A stretch of DNA of 64,000 nucleotides from Spirochaetia bacterium. Its GTDB lineage: Bacteria > Spirochaetota > Spirochaetia > SZUA-6 > Bin103. Below the pieces are notes generated by a model. That model was not told the DNA's origin, made no database searches, and saw only the letters and a list, made by a program, of their open reading frames with translations. Position 1 is the stretch's first letter; the number at the start of each line of letters is the position of its first letter. Positions 19,253 through 29,930 of this stretch are shown one piece after another. A program made the position numbers and the translations under genes. Where the stretch lies: NCBI GenBank assembly GCA_965208575.1, contig CBDBOV010000002.1, positions 704,001 through 768,000 of the forward strand, in the 5' to 3' direction.

Positions 19253-20407
19253 ATGGAGCAGCAGTCGGAGCAGCCGCGGCGCCTCGTCGACGAGGCGTGG
19301 GAAGGCGGTCTGCGCTACACCGAGGAGTGGGCCGAGCCGAAGCGCGGCTTTCCGTCGCGGCGGTGCGCGCTGTGGGCCGGCGCCGGGGACGAACCGGTCA
19401 GCACGCTGGTGCTGCTTGGTATGCACGCGCGGTTCGGGGCGCTGGCGCTGCCGGTGGAGGGCTACGCCGCGGTCAACACCGCCCCGGAGCAGCGCCGCGG
19501 CGGCTACATGGGCCGCCTGTTGCGCCGCTCCCTGCGCAGTGCCGGAGAACGGGTGAGCGTCGTCTGCCTGTATGGCATCGCCGACTTCTACCCGCGCTAC
19601 GGGTTTGTCACCTGTCAGCGGGGAGCGGAGTGGCGCGTCTCGCTGTACGACACGCGGCGGCTGGCGCCGGTAGCGGAGGGTGCGCTGCGGCCCGGCGCGG
19701 TCTCCGATCTGCCGGCGATGCGCGCGCTGTTCAACGACGTGCACGGCCGGCGGCCCTGGACCGTGGCGCGGGCCGATGACTGGGACCGCCTTCCGCGCGC
19801 CCGCCCCTGGAGACCCGGCGCCGAGATCTGCCTTGCCGCCCGCGGCGATGCCCTGACCGGGTACGCGGTGATCCGGGAGGAGGCGTTCGGCTGGCGCCGC
19901 GATCACCTGCAGCTCGACGAAGTGGTGGCGCGCGACCTGGACACGGCGCGGCTGCTGCTCGCCGAGGCGGCGCGGCGCGCGCGGCAGCTCGACTACGAGC
20001 GCATCGTGTTTCACGAGCCGAGCGACTCCGCGGTGGCGCGCGCGGCGCGCGCCATCGGCTGCGAGGTGGTGTATCGCCATTACGCGGCCGGGGGCGGCAT
20101 GGCGGCGCTGCTCGATCGCGGGCGGTTCCTCGACGGGTTTCGGCCCGAGCTGGCGCGCCGAGCGGCGGCGGCGCGGGTCAGCGAGGCAGCGCAGCTCCCC
20201 GTCCTGGCGGCACTGCGCGGCGGCCTGCTGCTTCCGGACGACGGTGACCTGCTGCAGCTCGCCTTCGGGTACGAGCGCTTCGACCAGGTGCCGGAAGAGC
20301 GCCGCGGGAGTGACCCGGGGCTGTGGGAGGTGGCGCAGGCCTGGTTCCCGGGCGGCGGCACACCGGTGCTGGAGGAGCCGTTCGCCCACCGCCTGGACGT
20401 CTATTGA
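19253..20407 (+). CDS. GNAT family acetyltransferase (Eis-like tandem GNAT)
   Basis: VNTAPEQRRGGYM, LYGIADFYPRYGF; TTGACA at 19215 upstream. Confidence 0.8.
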   Translation: MEQQSEQPRRLVDEAWEGGLRYTEEWAEPKRGFPSRRCALWAGAGDEPVSTLVLLGMHARFGALALPVEGYAAVNTAPEQRRGGYMGRLLRRSLRSAGERVSVVCLYGIADFYPRYGFVTCQRGAEWRVSLYDTRRLAPVAEGALRPGAVSDLPAMRALFNDVHGRRPWTVARADDWDRLPRARPWRPGAEICLAARGDALTGYAVIREEAFGWRRDHLQLDEVVARDLDTARLLLAEAARRARQLDYERIVFHEPSDSAVARAARAIGCEVVYRHYAAGGGMAALLDRGRFLDGFRPELARRAAAARVSEAAQLPVLAALRGGLLLPDDGDLLQLAFGYERFDQVPEERRGSDPGLWEVAQAWFPGGGTPVLEEPFAHRLDVY

Positions 20408-20429
20408 TGAAGCGGCGGCACGGCGCGGC

Positions 20430-21494
20430 ATGGCGGGCGTGATCTGGGGCGTCGCCCTTGCCCTGGCGGTAGGGGCGATCATGGGGCTGAGCGGCGCCGG
20501 CGGTTCGATCCTGACGGTGCCGATCCTGGTCTACGTGGTGGGCGTCGACGCGGTCACCGCGACCGCCTACTCGCTGTTCGTGGTGGGCGTGACCAGTACG
20601 GTGGGTGCGGCCAGCTACTGGCGGCGCGGGCAGGTGAACGTGCGCGCCGCGGTGGCGTTCTCGATCCCGTCGCTGGTGGTGGTGTTCCTCACCCGCAGCG
20701 TCCTGGTGCCGGCCATTCCGGCGCAGCTCGGTACGGTGGCTGGAGTGGCGGTCACCAAGGAACTGTTCATCCTGGTCCTGTTCGCCCTGATCATGGCGCT
20801 CGCCGCCCTGTCGATGATCGCCAGGCCGCGCTACCGGCTCAGCCTCACGGAACCACCGAGTCCGGCGGGCGCACCCGATGCGCCGCCCGTTGCCGGGGCC
20901 TCCGGAGCTGCCGGACGCCCGCGCTCGCGGGCGGAACGGCCGTATTCGGCGAGCGAACCCTGCGCAGCGGGTTCCGGGGCCGCCGGGGTCACCGAGCGAA
21001 CGCGCCCGTTTGCCGGCAACGCCGCCGGCACGCCGCCGGCTGCCGCGGCCGCACGTGAACCCGCCGCGCCCGCCGGACCCGCCGCCGAGCGCCGCGCTAC
21101 CGGACCTGGCGGTCCGGTAAAAGTGAGCATCCCGCTGGCGGTGCTGGAGGGTACCGTGATCGGCGTGTTCACGGGGGTGGTGGGGGCGGGCGGCGGGTTC
21201 GCGATCGTGCCGGCGCTGGTACTGCTGTCCCGGCTGCCGATGCGGGTCGCGGTCGGCACCTCGCTGACCATCATCGCCGCCAAGTCGCTGGCCGGGTTCG
21301 CCGGCGACGTGGCGTTGCAGGGAAGCTTCGACTGGGGCCTGCTGCTCGCCTTCACCGCCCTGGCGGTGGTGGGGATCCTGGCCGGCAGCCGGCTCGGCCG
21401 CCACGTGCCGGGCGCCAAGCTGCGCCCGGCGTTCGGCTGGTTCGTGCTGGTGGCGGCGGCAGGAATCCTGGTGCGCGAACTGCTGCTCGGCTGA
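20430..21494 (+). CDS. Sulfite exporter TauE/SafE family protein with a long low-complexity loop
   Basis: GAGGSILTVPILVY, ATAYSLFVVG, GAGGGFAIVPAL, AVGTSL. Confidence 0.9.
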   Translation: MAGVIWGVALALAVGAIMGLSGAGGSILTVPILVYVVGVDAVTATAYSLFVVGVTSTVGAASYWRRGQVNVRAAVAFSIPSLVVVFLTRSVLVPAIPAQLGTVAGVAVTKELFILVLFALIMALAALSMIARPRYRLSLTEPPSPAGAPDAPPVAGASGAAGRPRSRAERPYSASEPCAAGSGAAGVTERTRPFAGNAAGTPPAAAAAREPAAPAGPAAERRATGPGGPVKVSIPLAVLEGTVIGVFTGVVGAGGGFAIVPALVLLSRLPMRVAVGTSLTIIAAKSLAGFAGDVALQGSFDWGLLLAFTALAVVGILAGSRLGRHVPGAKLRPAFGWFVLVAAAGILVRELLLG

Positions 21495-21533
21495 CCGCCC
21501 GCCGCCCGCGGCCAGCCACCCGAGCCAGCGGCC

Positions 21534-22574
21534 CTACTGGACGCCCTTGAGGTCCAGCTCCTTGGCGAAGTGGCACGCCGCGTAGTGTCCGGGCTCCACC
21601 TCCTGCCACTCCGGCTCCACCGTCTTGCACTCGTCCTTCGCGTACAGGCAGCGCGGATGGAAGTAGCACCCCGACGGCGGGTTGGCCGGATTGGCCACCT
21701 CGCCCGGCAGGATGATGCGGTCCATCTTGGTCTCCGGATCGGGCTGCGGCACCGCCGACAGCAGCGCCTCGGTGTAGGGGTGCTTGGGGCTGCTGAACAG
21801 GTCGTCGGTCTCGGCCAACTCCACCATCTTGCCCACGTACATCACGCCCACGCGGTCGGAGATGTGCTCGATCACGCTCAGGTCGTGCGCAATGAACAGG
21901 TAGGTCAGGTTGAACTCCGCCTGCAGGTCCTGCAACAGGTTCAGGATCTGCGCCTGGATCGACACGTCCAGCGCCGACACCGCCTCGTCGCAGACGATGA
22001 ACTCGGGCCGCGGCGCGAGGGCGCGGGCGATGCCGATGCGCTGCCGCTGGCCGCCGGAGAAGGCGTGCGGGTAGCGCTTCAGGTGCTTGACCTCCAGGCC
22101 GACCACGCGCATCAGCTCCTTGACCCGATCCTCCAGCTCCTGGCCCTTGGCAAGCTGGTTGGACACCAGCGGCTCGGCGACGATGTCCAGCACCGTCATG
22201 CGCGGGTCGAGCGACGAGTAGGGATCCTGGAAGATCATCTGCATGTGACGGCGAATGGCGCGCAGCCGCCTCTTGTCGAGCTGGGTGATGTCGAGGCTCT
22301 CGTCGTCGGCGCTGAACTGGAAGTTGATGCGGCCGTCGGTGGGCTCGATGGCGCGCAGGATGCAGCGCCCCAGGGTGGTCTTGCCGCAGCCCGACTCGCC
22401 CACCAGGCCGAGCGTCTCGCCCTCATTGATGTACAGGTTGATGCGGTCCACCGCCTTGACGTGGCCCGCCACGCGGCGCAGAAAGCCTTTCTCAATGGGG
22501 AAATACTTGCGAAGCTGATCTACTTCGAGCAGCCGGCGCGTGCCGTTGCTGTTGCCGTTGGTTGCGTTGCTCAT
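21534..22574 (-). CDS. Oligopeptide/dipeptide ABC ATP-binding protein (OppF/DppF-like)
   Basis: [21 protein letters not shown]-terminal oligo_HPY Cys motif. Confidence 0.95.
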   Translation of the reverse strand: MSNATNGNSNGTRRLLEVDQLRKYFPIEKGFLRRVAGHVKAVDRINLYINEGETLGLVGESGCGKTTLGRCILRAIEPTDGRINFQFSADDESLDITQLDKRRLRAIRRHMQMIFQDPYSSLDPRMTVLDIVAEPLVSNQLAKGQELEDRVKELMRVVGLEVKHLKRYPHAFSGGQRQRIGIARALAPRPEFIVCDEAVSALDVSIQAQILNLLQDLQAEFNLTYLFIAHDLSVIEHISDRVGVMYVGKMVELAETDDLFSSPKHPYTEALLSAVPQPDPETKMDRIILPGEVANPANPPSGCYFHPRCLYAKDECKTVEPEWQEVEPGHYAACHFAKELDLKGVQ

Positions 22575-23611
22575 GCTCTTGCTCCTGCCAGTTCGAGGTC
22601 TGCGTCTGCTTCTACTTCATCGCTGTGCAGATAACAGCGTACCCGGTGCGCTTCGTTGGCCTGGATCAGCGCCGGGATGTCGGCGTTGCACTTGCCGTCC
22701 ATCGCGTCCGGGCAACGGCTGAAGAAGCCGCACTCGCGCGGGGGATCGAGCGGGATGGGAACGGTCCCCTTGATGGCATCGAGCCGATTCTTGGCTTCCT
22801 TGCCCATGCGCGGGATCGACTTCAGCAGCAGGCGCGTGTAGGGGTGCAGCGGGTTGCGGAAGATCTCCCTGGTGTCGGCGTGCTCCACCACCCGTCCCAG
22901 GTACATCACCGCCACCTCGTCGGCGATCTCGGCGATCACCCCCAGGTCGTGGGTGATGTACAGAATCGCCATGCCGAACTGTTCCTGCAGGTGCTCCATC
23001 AGGTCCAGGATCTGCGCCTGCACCGTCACGTCCAGGGCGGTGGTCGGCTCGTCGGCGATCAGCAGCGACGGGTTGCAGGACAGCGCCATGGCGATCATCG
23101 CGCGCTGCCGCAGCCCGCCGGAGAGCTGGTGCGGGTACTCCTCCACGCGTTGCCGGGCGTTGCCGATGCCGACCCGCTCGATCATGTCGATCGCCAACTC
23201 GTGGGCTTCGTTCTTGTCGTCGGTCTTGTGCAGCAGGATCGCTTCCTCGATCTGGTTGCCGATGGTGTGCACCGGCGACAGGCTGGTCATCGGCTCCTGG
23301 AAGATCATCGAGATCTCCTTGCCGCGAATCGAGCGCACCGACTGGCCGAACGGGTCGAGCTGGGTCAGGTCGACCGCATCGTGCCCCTCCCGGTTGAGGA
23401 CGATCTCGCCCGACTTGATCTCGCCGGGGGGCGGTACGATGCGCAGGATCGACTGCGCCGTGACGCTCTTGCCGCAGCCACTCTCGCCGATGATGCCGAG
23501 GGTCTTCTTCGGCGCCACCGAGAAGCTGACGCCGTCGACCGCCTTCAGCGTGCCCTCCTCCAGCTTGAAGTAGGTGCGCAGGTCCTTGACCTCAAGAACA
23601 GGGGTCTCCAC
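22571..23611 (-). CDS. Oligopeptide/dipeptide ABC ATP-binding protein (OppD/DppD-like)
   Basis: [26 protein letters not shown]. Confidence 0.95.
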   Translation of the reverse strand: METPVLEVKDLRTYFKLEEGTLKAVDGVSFSVAPKKTLGIIGESGCGKSVTAQSILRIVPPPGEIKSGEIVLNREGHDAVDLTQLDPFGQSVRSIRGKEISMIFQEPMTSLSPVHTIGNQIEEAILLHKTDDKNEAHELAIDMIERVGIGNARQRVEEYPHQLSGGLRQRAMIAMALSCNPSLLIADEPTTALDVTVQAQILDLMEHLQEQFGMAILYITHDLGVIAEIADEVAVMYLGRVVEHADTREIFRNPLHPYTRLLLKSIPRMGKEAKNRLDAIKGTVPIPLDPPRECGFFSRCPDAMDGKCNADIPALIQANEAHRVRCYLHSDEVEADADLELAGARA

Positions 23612-23787
23612 AACAGTATCCTTCTGTTCAATTTGCCCGTGCCATGCAAGCGAGGCAGCTTGGCGTCCGCGCTGCATGGACCTAGCCCAAGTCTGTCAGG
23701 GGGCTAGCAAGCCCGCCAATTTTATCCGCCCGCCGGCATAAGTCAACCACCCCGAACCACCGAACTTGCGAACTCGGCAGGAGAGCC

Positions 23788-24834
23788 CTACGCACTGGGC
23801 GCAGCCTCGGTGATCTCGGTCAGCCGCACCCGCCGGCCCCCCTGCCGGGCGCTGCGCACGGCGGCGAAGGTCATCGCCATCGTGCCGAGGTTGTCGCGTC
23901 CGCTGCACTCCGGCTCGCGCCGCTCGGTCAGGGCGGCGAGAAACTCGTCGAGCACCGCTTCGGGCCCGGAACGCGCGCCCGGCTCCGGGGCGGCTATTTC
24001 GTCCCGCCGCGGCTGCTCGGTACGGTGCTCGCGGGTCACGAACACGCGCTCGGTCTCCCAGGTGATGCTGCCCTCCGGGCCCTCGATGCGCCAGGCGCCG
24101 TGCCACGGCGTGGCCGCCCCGGTGCTGCATCCGCTCGCGCGGTGGACCGCCATCAGGCCGCCGGGGAACTCGAACACCGCGACGTGGCTGGCGTCGCCGG
24201 CATGCCAGCCCCACGCGGGGTTCCACGACACCACCCGCACCGCTTCCGGCTCGGCGCCCACCACGTAGCGCAACATGTCGAAGTGGTGGCAGCCCATGTC
24301 GAGCAGGAACATCCACGGCTCGGTCACGTAGTGGGTGCCCGGATAGTCGGCCCACGGCTTGGCGAACACGATGTCGAGCTGGCCCGGTGCGCCGATGGCG
24401 CCACCGTCGAGCAGCCGGCGGGTGAGGCGCGGCAGGGCGCTGAAGCGCATGTTCTGGTCGACCATGTGGATGCAGCCGGCCCGCTCACCGGCGGCCACGA
24501 TGTCGGCGGCGCCGCGGTAGTGGTCGCTCATCGGCTTCGCCTGCAGCAACGGCAGCCCGGCGCCGAAAGCCGCCAGAGCGATCTCGCGATGCGACTCCGG
24601 CGAGGTGACGTCGAGCACGAAATCGGGCGCGGTGCTCGCGATGGCGTCTGCGAGCGAGCCGTAAATGCGTTCGCCGGGTACGCCCCAACCGTTCGCCGCA
24701 CGCTGCCGCGAGGCCGCGCCGCGGCCCACGAATCCCACCAGTTCCACCGCCGGATGCTCCCGGCACACCTTCGCCCAGCCCCGCCCGTAGTTGCCGAGCC
24801 CCGCCAGCACCCCCTTCCATCGTCCTCCCATCAT
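23788..24834 (-). CDS. Gfo/Idh/MocA family oxidoreductase
   Basis: GLGNYG, AKPM, DQNMR, DMGCHHFD. Confidence 0.88.
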   Translation of the reverse strand: MMGGRWKGVLAGLGNYGRGWAKVCREHPAVELVGFVGRGAASRQRAANGWGVPGERIYGSLADAIASTAPDFVLDVTSPESHREIALAAFGAGLPLLQAKPMSDHYRGAADIVAAGERAGCIHMVDQNMRFSALPRLTRRLLDGGAIGAPGQLDIVFAKPWADYPGTHYVTEPWMFLLDMGCHHFDMLRYVVGAEPEAVRVVSWNPAWGWHAGDASHVAVFEFPGGLMAVHRASGCSTGAATPWHGAWRIEGPEGSITWETERVFVTREHRTEQPRRDEIAAPEPGARSGPEAVLDEFLAALTERREPECSGRDNLGTMAMTFAAVRSARQGGRRVRLTEITEAAPSA

Positions 24835-24967
24835 GCTCCCTACTGTAACGCAAACGCGCTAGTCCCCGACCGTGGGGCAGCGGACCGGTGTGGAATTTCT
24901 GTCCTATCTCGCCGAGCTCTAAATTGGTGCTGAAAACGTCAAGAGGGCAGCACAATGGAAAGTCAGC

Positions 24968-25678
24968 CTATTTGAACACCAGTTCGCTGACCAGGGCCAG
25001 GGCGAAGCCCAGCACGGCGCCGAGGGGTGGCGTCCAGTGGCGCTCCAGGCGCGCTTGCGGGGCGATGTCCTGGAAGGTGAGGTAGAGGATGCCGCCGGCG
25101 GCGAACAGCATGATGGCGCCGAGCACGGCTTCGTAGCCGGCCAGCCAGAACCAGCCGACGGCGCCGCACACCGGGCCGAGCAGGGCCAGCAGCAGCATGC
25201 GGCGCAGGGCGGCGCCGCGGCGGATGTGCCCGGCCAGTTCGCGCCACGAATTGAACCCCTCGGGCAGGTTCTGCAGGCCGATCAGCAGCGCCAGCAGTAC
25301 GGCGCCGTCTGCGCCGGCCGCGAACATGCCGCCGAGCGCCAGCGACTCGGGCAGGAAGTCGGCGCCCATGGCGATGAACTGGGGCGCGGCCCGGTGCCGT
25401 TTCGCCTGCACGCGGTCCACCACCATGAATGCCGCCCCGCCGGCCAGCAGCAGCACGGCGGCGGCCGCCGGGTGCGGCAGGCGGTCCGCCCCCTCGGGCA
25501 CCAGCACCAGCGCCACCGCCCCCACCAGCACGCCGCCCCCGAAGGCGATGACGAAGTGGCGTAACTCCTCGTCCAGCCAGCGCGGCAGGATGCGCTGCAC
25601 CTGGGCCAGGCCCGCGCCGAGCGGAATGCAGGCGCCGGCAATCGCGGTCCACAGCAGCAATTCGGTCAGTTGGCCCAT
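24968..25678 (-). CDS. ZIP family metal transporter
   Basis: AFGGGVL, DFLPESLALG, QNLPEG, AAGGILYLTFQDIAP. Confidence 0.88.
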   Translation of the reverse strand: MGQLTELLLWTAIAGACIPLGAGLAQVQRILPRWLDEELRHFVIAFGGGVLVGAVALVLVPEGADRLPHPAAAAVLLLAGGAAFMVVDRVQAKRHRAAPQFIAMGADFLPESLALGGMFAAGADGAVLLALLIGLQNLPEGFNSWRELAGHIRRGAALRRMLLLALLGPVCGAVGWFWLAGYEAVLGAIMLFAAGGILYLTFQDIAPQARLERHWTPPLGAVLGFALALVSELVFK

Positions 25679-25896
25679 GGCGTCGCGGGTGCGGAGACCC
25701 GAGAGCAGGGTATGCGGGTACGCGCCGGGGTGCAACGCGTGCCGGGTGGCGCGTGGTGCCGCTTGGTGGTGCGAGTGCCGCCGCCGGCGCCGGTGCACGG
25801 ATGGGCGGCGAGGAGCGGGACGACCGCCGCTACGCGAGATGTGGCGAGGCGCGCACCATCGTGCACCATTGGTAGCCGCGCAGCCGCCGCGCCGGT

Positions 25897-26313
25897 ATGA
25901 TGGAGCGTCAGATGCTCCTGGTTCTCATTTCCTTCATCGCTTTCATCGCGCTGTTCGTCCTCGGCCTGCGCTGGGGCGTGGTGATCATCGGCAAGGTGCT
26001 CGGTCGCGTGGTGTACGACCGCCACCGCAACGCCGAGTACATCATCAATACCGGGCAGGTGCCGGAGCAGTGGACCGGGCCCTACTTCAAGAAGATCGAC
26101 GAGGCGCAAAAGAAGGAGGGGGTCGACGAGGGTGAACGGGAACGCCGCGTCGCCTCCCTGGAACGCAAGGCGAAGCGCAACTCGATCAAGCGCATCGACG
26201 ACCTGCTGCGCTACTTCTCACGCGCCCCGGTGTTCGCCGACGACCACTCGCGCCGCGTGCTGATGGAGCAGTTGGAAGCCGCCAAGGCACAGTGGCTGAA
26301 GTACGTCCAGTAG
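25897..26313 (+). CDS. Hypothetical protein with N-terminal TM helix
   Basis: Host-like codon usage and hydrophobic N-terminus; start may be 25912. Confidence 0.7.
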   Translation: MMERQMLLVLISFIAFIALFVLGLRWGVVIIGKVLGRVVYDRHRNAEYIINTGQVPEQWTGPYFKKIDEAQKKEGVDEGERERRVASLERKAKRNSIKRIDDLLRYFSRAPVFADDHSRRVLMEQLEAAKAQWLKYVQ

Positions 26314-26379
26314 CAGGGTAGGGCAGGCGGCGCGCGGCGCCGTGTAGCGGGCATCTTTCCATGGAGGCTCAGGTCGCGC

Positions 26380-27369
26380 ATGCAGTTGATTCAAGTGGGT
26401 CTGGGCGGCTTCGGCCGGCGCTGGATGGAAGTGGTGCTGGCCGACCGGAACTGGCGGTACGCCGCGGTGGCCACCCGCTCCCCGGAGGCGCAGCGCTTCG
26501 CGGCCGAGCGCACCGGCTTGGCCCCGGATCGCTGCATGGACTCGCTGGCGGCGGCCCTGGAGCGGGCGCCGGAGGCCGACGCGGTGCTGGTGACCACGCC
26601 CTACTTCCGCCACGAGGATGACGTGGTGACGGCGCTGCGGCACGGCAAGCACGTGCTGGTGGAGAAGCCGCTCACCGGCAACGCGGCCTCGGGCGAGCGC
26701 ATGCGCGCCGCCGCGGCCGGCGCGGGCACCACCGTGATGGTCGGCGAGGACTACCGTTTCCGCGCCGGCGCGGTCGCCATGCACGACATCGTGCAGGGCG
26801 GGGAGATCGGCGCGCCGGAGGTGATCGACCTGCAGTACTTCGTTTCGCACCGGTTCGCGGCGGGCGACTGGCGCAACGACCTGCGCTATCCGGTGCTGCT
26901 CGAGAACAACACCCACCAGGTCGACCTGCTGCGCTACGTCACCGGCTGCGAGGCACTGGCGGTCACGGCGAGCACGATGGCAAGCGCGGCGGATTCGCCG
27001 TGGCCGTTTCCGTCGGTGGCGGCCCTGATCGAGATGGAGCGCGGCCTGGGCGCCACGTTTTCGGCGAGTTGGGCGCTGCCCGACCTGAACACGCCGTGGG
27101 AGGGCGTCTGGACGGTGCGCGGGCCGCGCGGTGCGCTGCGCTGGGACGCCGCGGGCATAACCCTGTTCCGGGGAACACGGCAGCGGCAACTGGCCGCGGC
27201 GGACAGCGCACCGCGGCTCGACCTGGTGCTTGCGGAGTTCACCGCGGCACTGCGGGAAGGGCGAGCCCCGGGCGTCGACCTGGCCGACAACCTGAAGACG
27301 CTGGCGGTGGTGCTGGGAATGATCCGTTCGGGCGAACAGCACCGCCGCGTAGAACTGAACCGCGACTGA
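26380..27369 (+). CDS. Gfo/Idh/MocA family oxidoreductase
   Basis: VGLGGFG, HVLVEKP, EDYRF, HQVDLLRY. Confidence 0.9.
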   Translation: MQLIQVGLGGFGRRWMEVVLADRNWRYAAVATRSPEAQRFAAERTGLAPDRCMDSLAAALERAPEADAVLVTTPYFRHEDDVVTALRHGKHVLVEKPLTGNAASGERMRAAAAGAGTTVMVGEDYRFRAGAVAMHDIVQGGEIGAPEVIDLQYFVSHRFAAGDWRNDLRYPVLLENNTHQVDLLRYVTGCEALAVTASTMASAADSPWPFPSVAALIEMERGLGATFSASWALPDLNTPWEGVWTVRGPRGALRWDAAGITLFRGTRQRQLAAADSAPRLDLVLAEFTAALREGRAPGVDLADNLKTLAVVLGMIRSGEQHRRVELNRD

Positions 27370-27465
27370 CGCAAGCCGCAACGACGCGCCGCTGGCGCCG
27401 CTCCGCGCGCGACCACGGCCACGCGCCGCCGGCGCCGCGGCGCGCCCGGCGACGCGCGCCGCGGC

Positions 27466-27492
27466 TCCCCTCCGGGGCAGCCGGGGAGGGGA
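27466..27492. terminator. GC-rich hairpin between convergent genes
   Basis: tcccctcc...ggagggga; no U-tract. Confidence 0.35.
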
Positions 27493-27510
27493 TACAGCCC
27501 GCGCGGGGTG

Positions 27511-28032
27511 CTACATGGAGGAGTCGGAGGCCGGCGCCTCGAACATCCCGGGGTCGGTTCGGCCGAGCAGAGCCATGCCGACCTTGTGGACGTGCGCGAG
27601 CGCCTCCTCACCCAGGATCTTTTCGTGGTCGGAGCCCGGATAGTGCGCGCAGAAGGCGCTCATGGAGTCGGCGGTGTTGCCGTCGCCCGCGGCGATCCGC
27701 ATCAACTGGCAGTTCAGCGATTCCCACCAGGCGCCCACGCTGTCGAAGCTCAGGTGGCCGTTGATCTTGGTGGCAGCCAGGTCCACGTAATACGTGGTGG
27801 CGAAATCCAGGTCGGCGTGCATCTTCTTCGCTGCCGCCGCCTGCTCGTCGGTGGCCATGTCGCCGTGCAGCGCAGCCACCATCTGTTCGGGACTCAGCGA
27901 ATTCCACCAGCGCACCGCGTAGTCCGGCGAGGTGATCGAGGTGGTCATTGTGTCCGCATGTACGAAGCCGGCCGCGACCAGCGCCGTCGCCACGGTTGCC
28001 AGCACGAACAACGAACTCTTCTTCTTTGTCAT
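27511..28032 (-). CDS. Secreted hypothetical protein with two WW-x-SL motifs
   Basis: RBS ggagg; signal peptide MTKKKSSLFVL...VHA; WWNSL and WWESLNC. Confidence 0.8.
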   Translation of the reverse strand: MTKKKSSLFVLATVATALVAAGFVHADTMTTSITSPDYAVRWWNSLSPEQMVAALHGDMATDEQAAAAKKMHADLDFATTYYVDLAATKINGHLSFDSVGAWWESLNCQLMRIAAGDGNTADSMSAFCAHYPGSDHEKILGEEALAHVHKVGMALLGRTDPGMFEAPASDSSM

Positions 28033-28291
28033 GGAAGTCCTCCTTGAACGGCAAGCTACCGGACCGGCCATCAGGTTGCAAGGGCGGTAATCGTTGTCTC
28101 GGCAAAGGCACGCATTCGGCACCATCCGACCCGATGGATTGACGACAGACACACCAGCCATCGCTTACGAGTCGCGTGTGTCGGGTGCCGCCGTCCCCAG
28201 GCTCGCACGGTCACCGCAAGTTGCTGCAGGCGCGGCAACGCATGCCTCCGGGGTTCCAGTGTCGGCACCATCCGGGTACCATCCGGGCATC

Positions 28292-29020
28292 ATGCAGCAA
28301 CAGCAGCAAGCGTTGATCGTGTGGGGTGGCTGGGACGGCCACGAGCCGGGTCCGGTGGCGGAGATATTCCGCGGTGTCCTGGAAGGGGAGGGCTTTGCGG
28401 TGGAGGTGTCCACCAGCCTGGATCGTTTCCTGGACGCGGACAGCCTTGCCGGCCTGGACCTGATCGTGCCGATCTGGACCATGGGCGCCATCAGCCGCGA
28501 ACAGGTGGAGCCGGTGGTGGAAGCGGTCGCCGGCGGGGTCGGCCTGGCCGGCTGCCACGGCGGCATGTGCGACGCGTTCCGCGACTCGGTGCAGTGGCAA
28601 TTCATGACCGGCGGCAACTGGGTGTCGCATCCCGGCGGCGACGGCGTCGAGTACGTGGTCAACCTGCAGCGCGGCTCCAGCGAGATCACCGCCGGGCTCG
28701 ACGACTTCACGGTGCGCTCGGAGCAGTACTACCTGCACGTCGACCCGGCGGTGGACGTGCTGGCGACGACCCGCTTCCCGGTGGTGGACTGGTATCACTC
28801 CAGCAACGGTCCGGTGGACATGCCGGTGGTGTGGACCAAGCGCTGGGGCGCCGGGCGCGTGTTCTACAACTCGCTCGGCCACAAGGCGGACGTCATCGCG
28901 CAGCCGGTGCCGCTGGAGCTGATGCGGCGCGGCTTTCGGTGGGCGGCCGCCGGCAAGCGCGCCGCCCGCGAGCAGGGCGTGACCGCGGACGACTTCCGCA
29001 GCGCCGCCAAGATGTTCTAG
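28292..29020 (+). CDS. ThuA domain-containing protein
   Basis: ALIVWGGWDGHEP, GCHGGMCDAFR, SEQYYLHVDP, GRVFYNSLGH. Confidence 0.9.
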   Translation: MQQQQQALIVWGGWDGHEPGPVAEIFRGVLEGEGFAVEVSTSLDRFLDADSLAGLDLIVPIWTMGAISREQVEPVVEAVAGGVGLAGCHGGMCDAFRDSVQWQFMTGGNWVSHPGGDGVEYVVNLQRGSSEITAGLDDFTVRSEQYYLHVDPAVDVLATTRFPVVDWYHSSNGPVDMPVVWTKRWGAGRVFYNSLGHKADVIAQPVPLELMRRGFRWAAAGKRAAREQGVTADDFRSAAKMF

Positions 29021-29037
29021 CGGCCTGCTCGCCAGCC

Positions 29038-29880
29038 ATGAAGACGCTCGACGAGCACCTCGCGGAGTTCAAGCAGGTCGGGTTCACGCTGTTTCCCGGC
29101 ATGCTGGACGCGCAGTGGGTGCGCGAGATGCGTGCCGCCTTCGACGCCATCGCCGATCGCATCCCGAGCGCGGGCGGCAGTCGCCCGAGCGTTTTGGTCG
29201 ACGTGCTCGAGCACCAGCCGCGGCTCGTCCTGAGCGCGCTCGCCAACGAGCGCCTGCTCGACTTCGCCGAGATGGTGATCGGCCCGCACGTGCAACTGGA
29301 GTCGATCACCTACCGGCGCACGCCGCCCGACCCCGATCCCGGTGCCGGCGCCAACCCGGTACTGGGCTTCCACCGCGACATGTTCGCGTTCTTTCCCGAC
29401 GACGGCGTGTACCACCGCCCGCTGCTGTTCAACGCGCTCTCCTACCTGCAGGACCTGACCGACGACAGCGGTCCGTTGCGCATCATTCCCGGCTCCCACA
29501 TGCGCGCCATGGAGATGAACAGTGAGGAAGCGAAGCGCCCACACCCCGAAGAGGTAATCCTCTACCCCAAGGCCGGCGACGTCGCCGTGTTCCACTGCAG
29601 CATGCTGCACTCCGGGTCGGCCAACCGCTCCGCCGACTACCGCTACCTGTTCTTCCTCACCCTCAACCACTCGTGGCTGAAGCACCGCGCCAACTACCAG
29701 GGACCGGTCTCGCAGGCGGTGATCGCGCGTGCACGGGAGCAGGGCGACCGGCGCCTGCTGCGCCTGCTCGGCGTCGACGACCAGTTCGTGCAGCGCGCCA
29801 ACTGCGGCTTCCGGGAACCGGACGAGCACAACTGGCGCCGCTGGATCGCCGAAGACACCGCCGCCCGCACGCAGGCGTAA
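29038..29880 (+). CDS. Phytanoyl-CoA dioxygenase (PhyH) family protein
   Basis: FHRD, YLQD....GPLRIIPGSH, KAGD...H...LHSGSAN. Confidence 0.88.
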   Translation: MKTLDEHLAEFKQVGFTLFPGMLDAQWVREMRAAFDAIADRIPSAGGSRPSVLVDVLEHQPRLVLSALANERLLDFAEMVIGPHVQLESITYRRTPPDPDPGAGANPVLGFHRDMFAFFPDDGVYHRPLLFNALSYLQDLTDDSGPLRIIPGSHMRAMEMNSEEAKRPHPEEVILYPKAGDVAVFHCSMLHSGSANRSADYRYLFFLTLNHSWLKHRANYQGPVSQAVIARAREQGDRRLLRLLGVDDQFVQRANCGFREPDEHNWRRWIAEDTAARTQA

Positions 29881-29930
29881 GCCGGGCGGTGCCGCGCAGG
29901 ACGCCGCGAGCCGGAAGATGCGCTGTGGGA

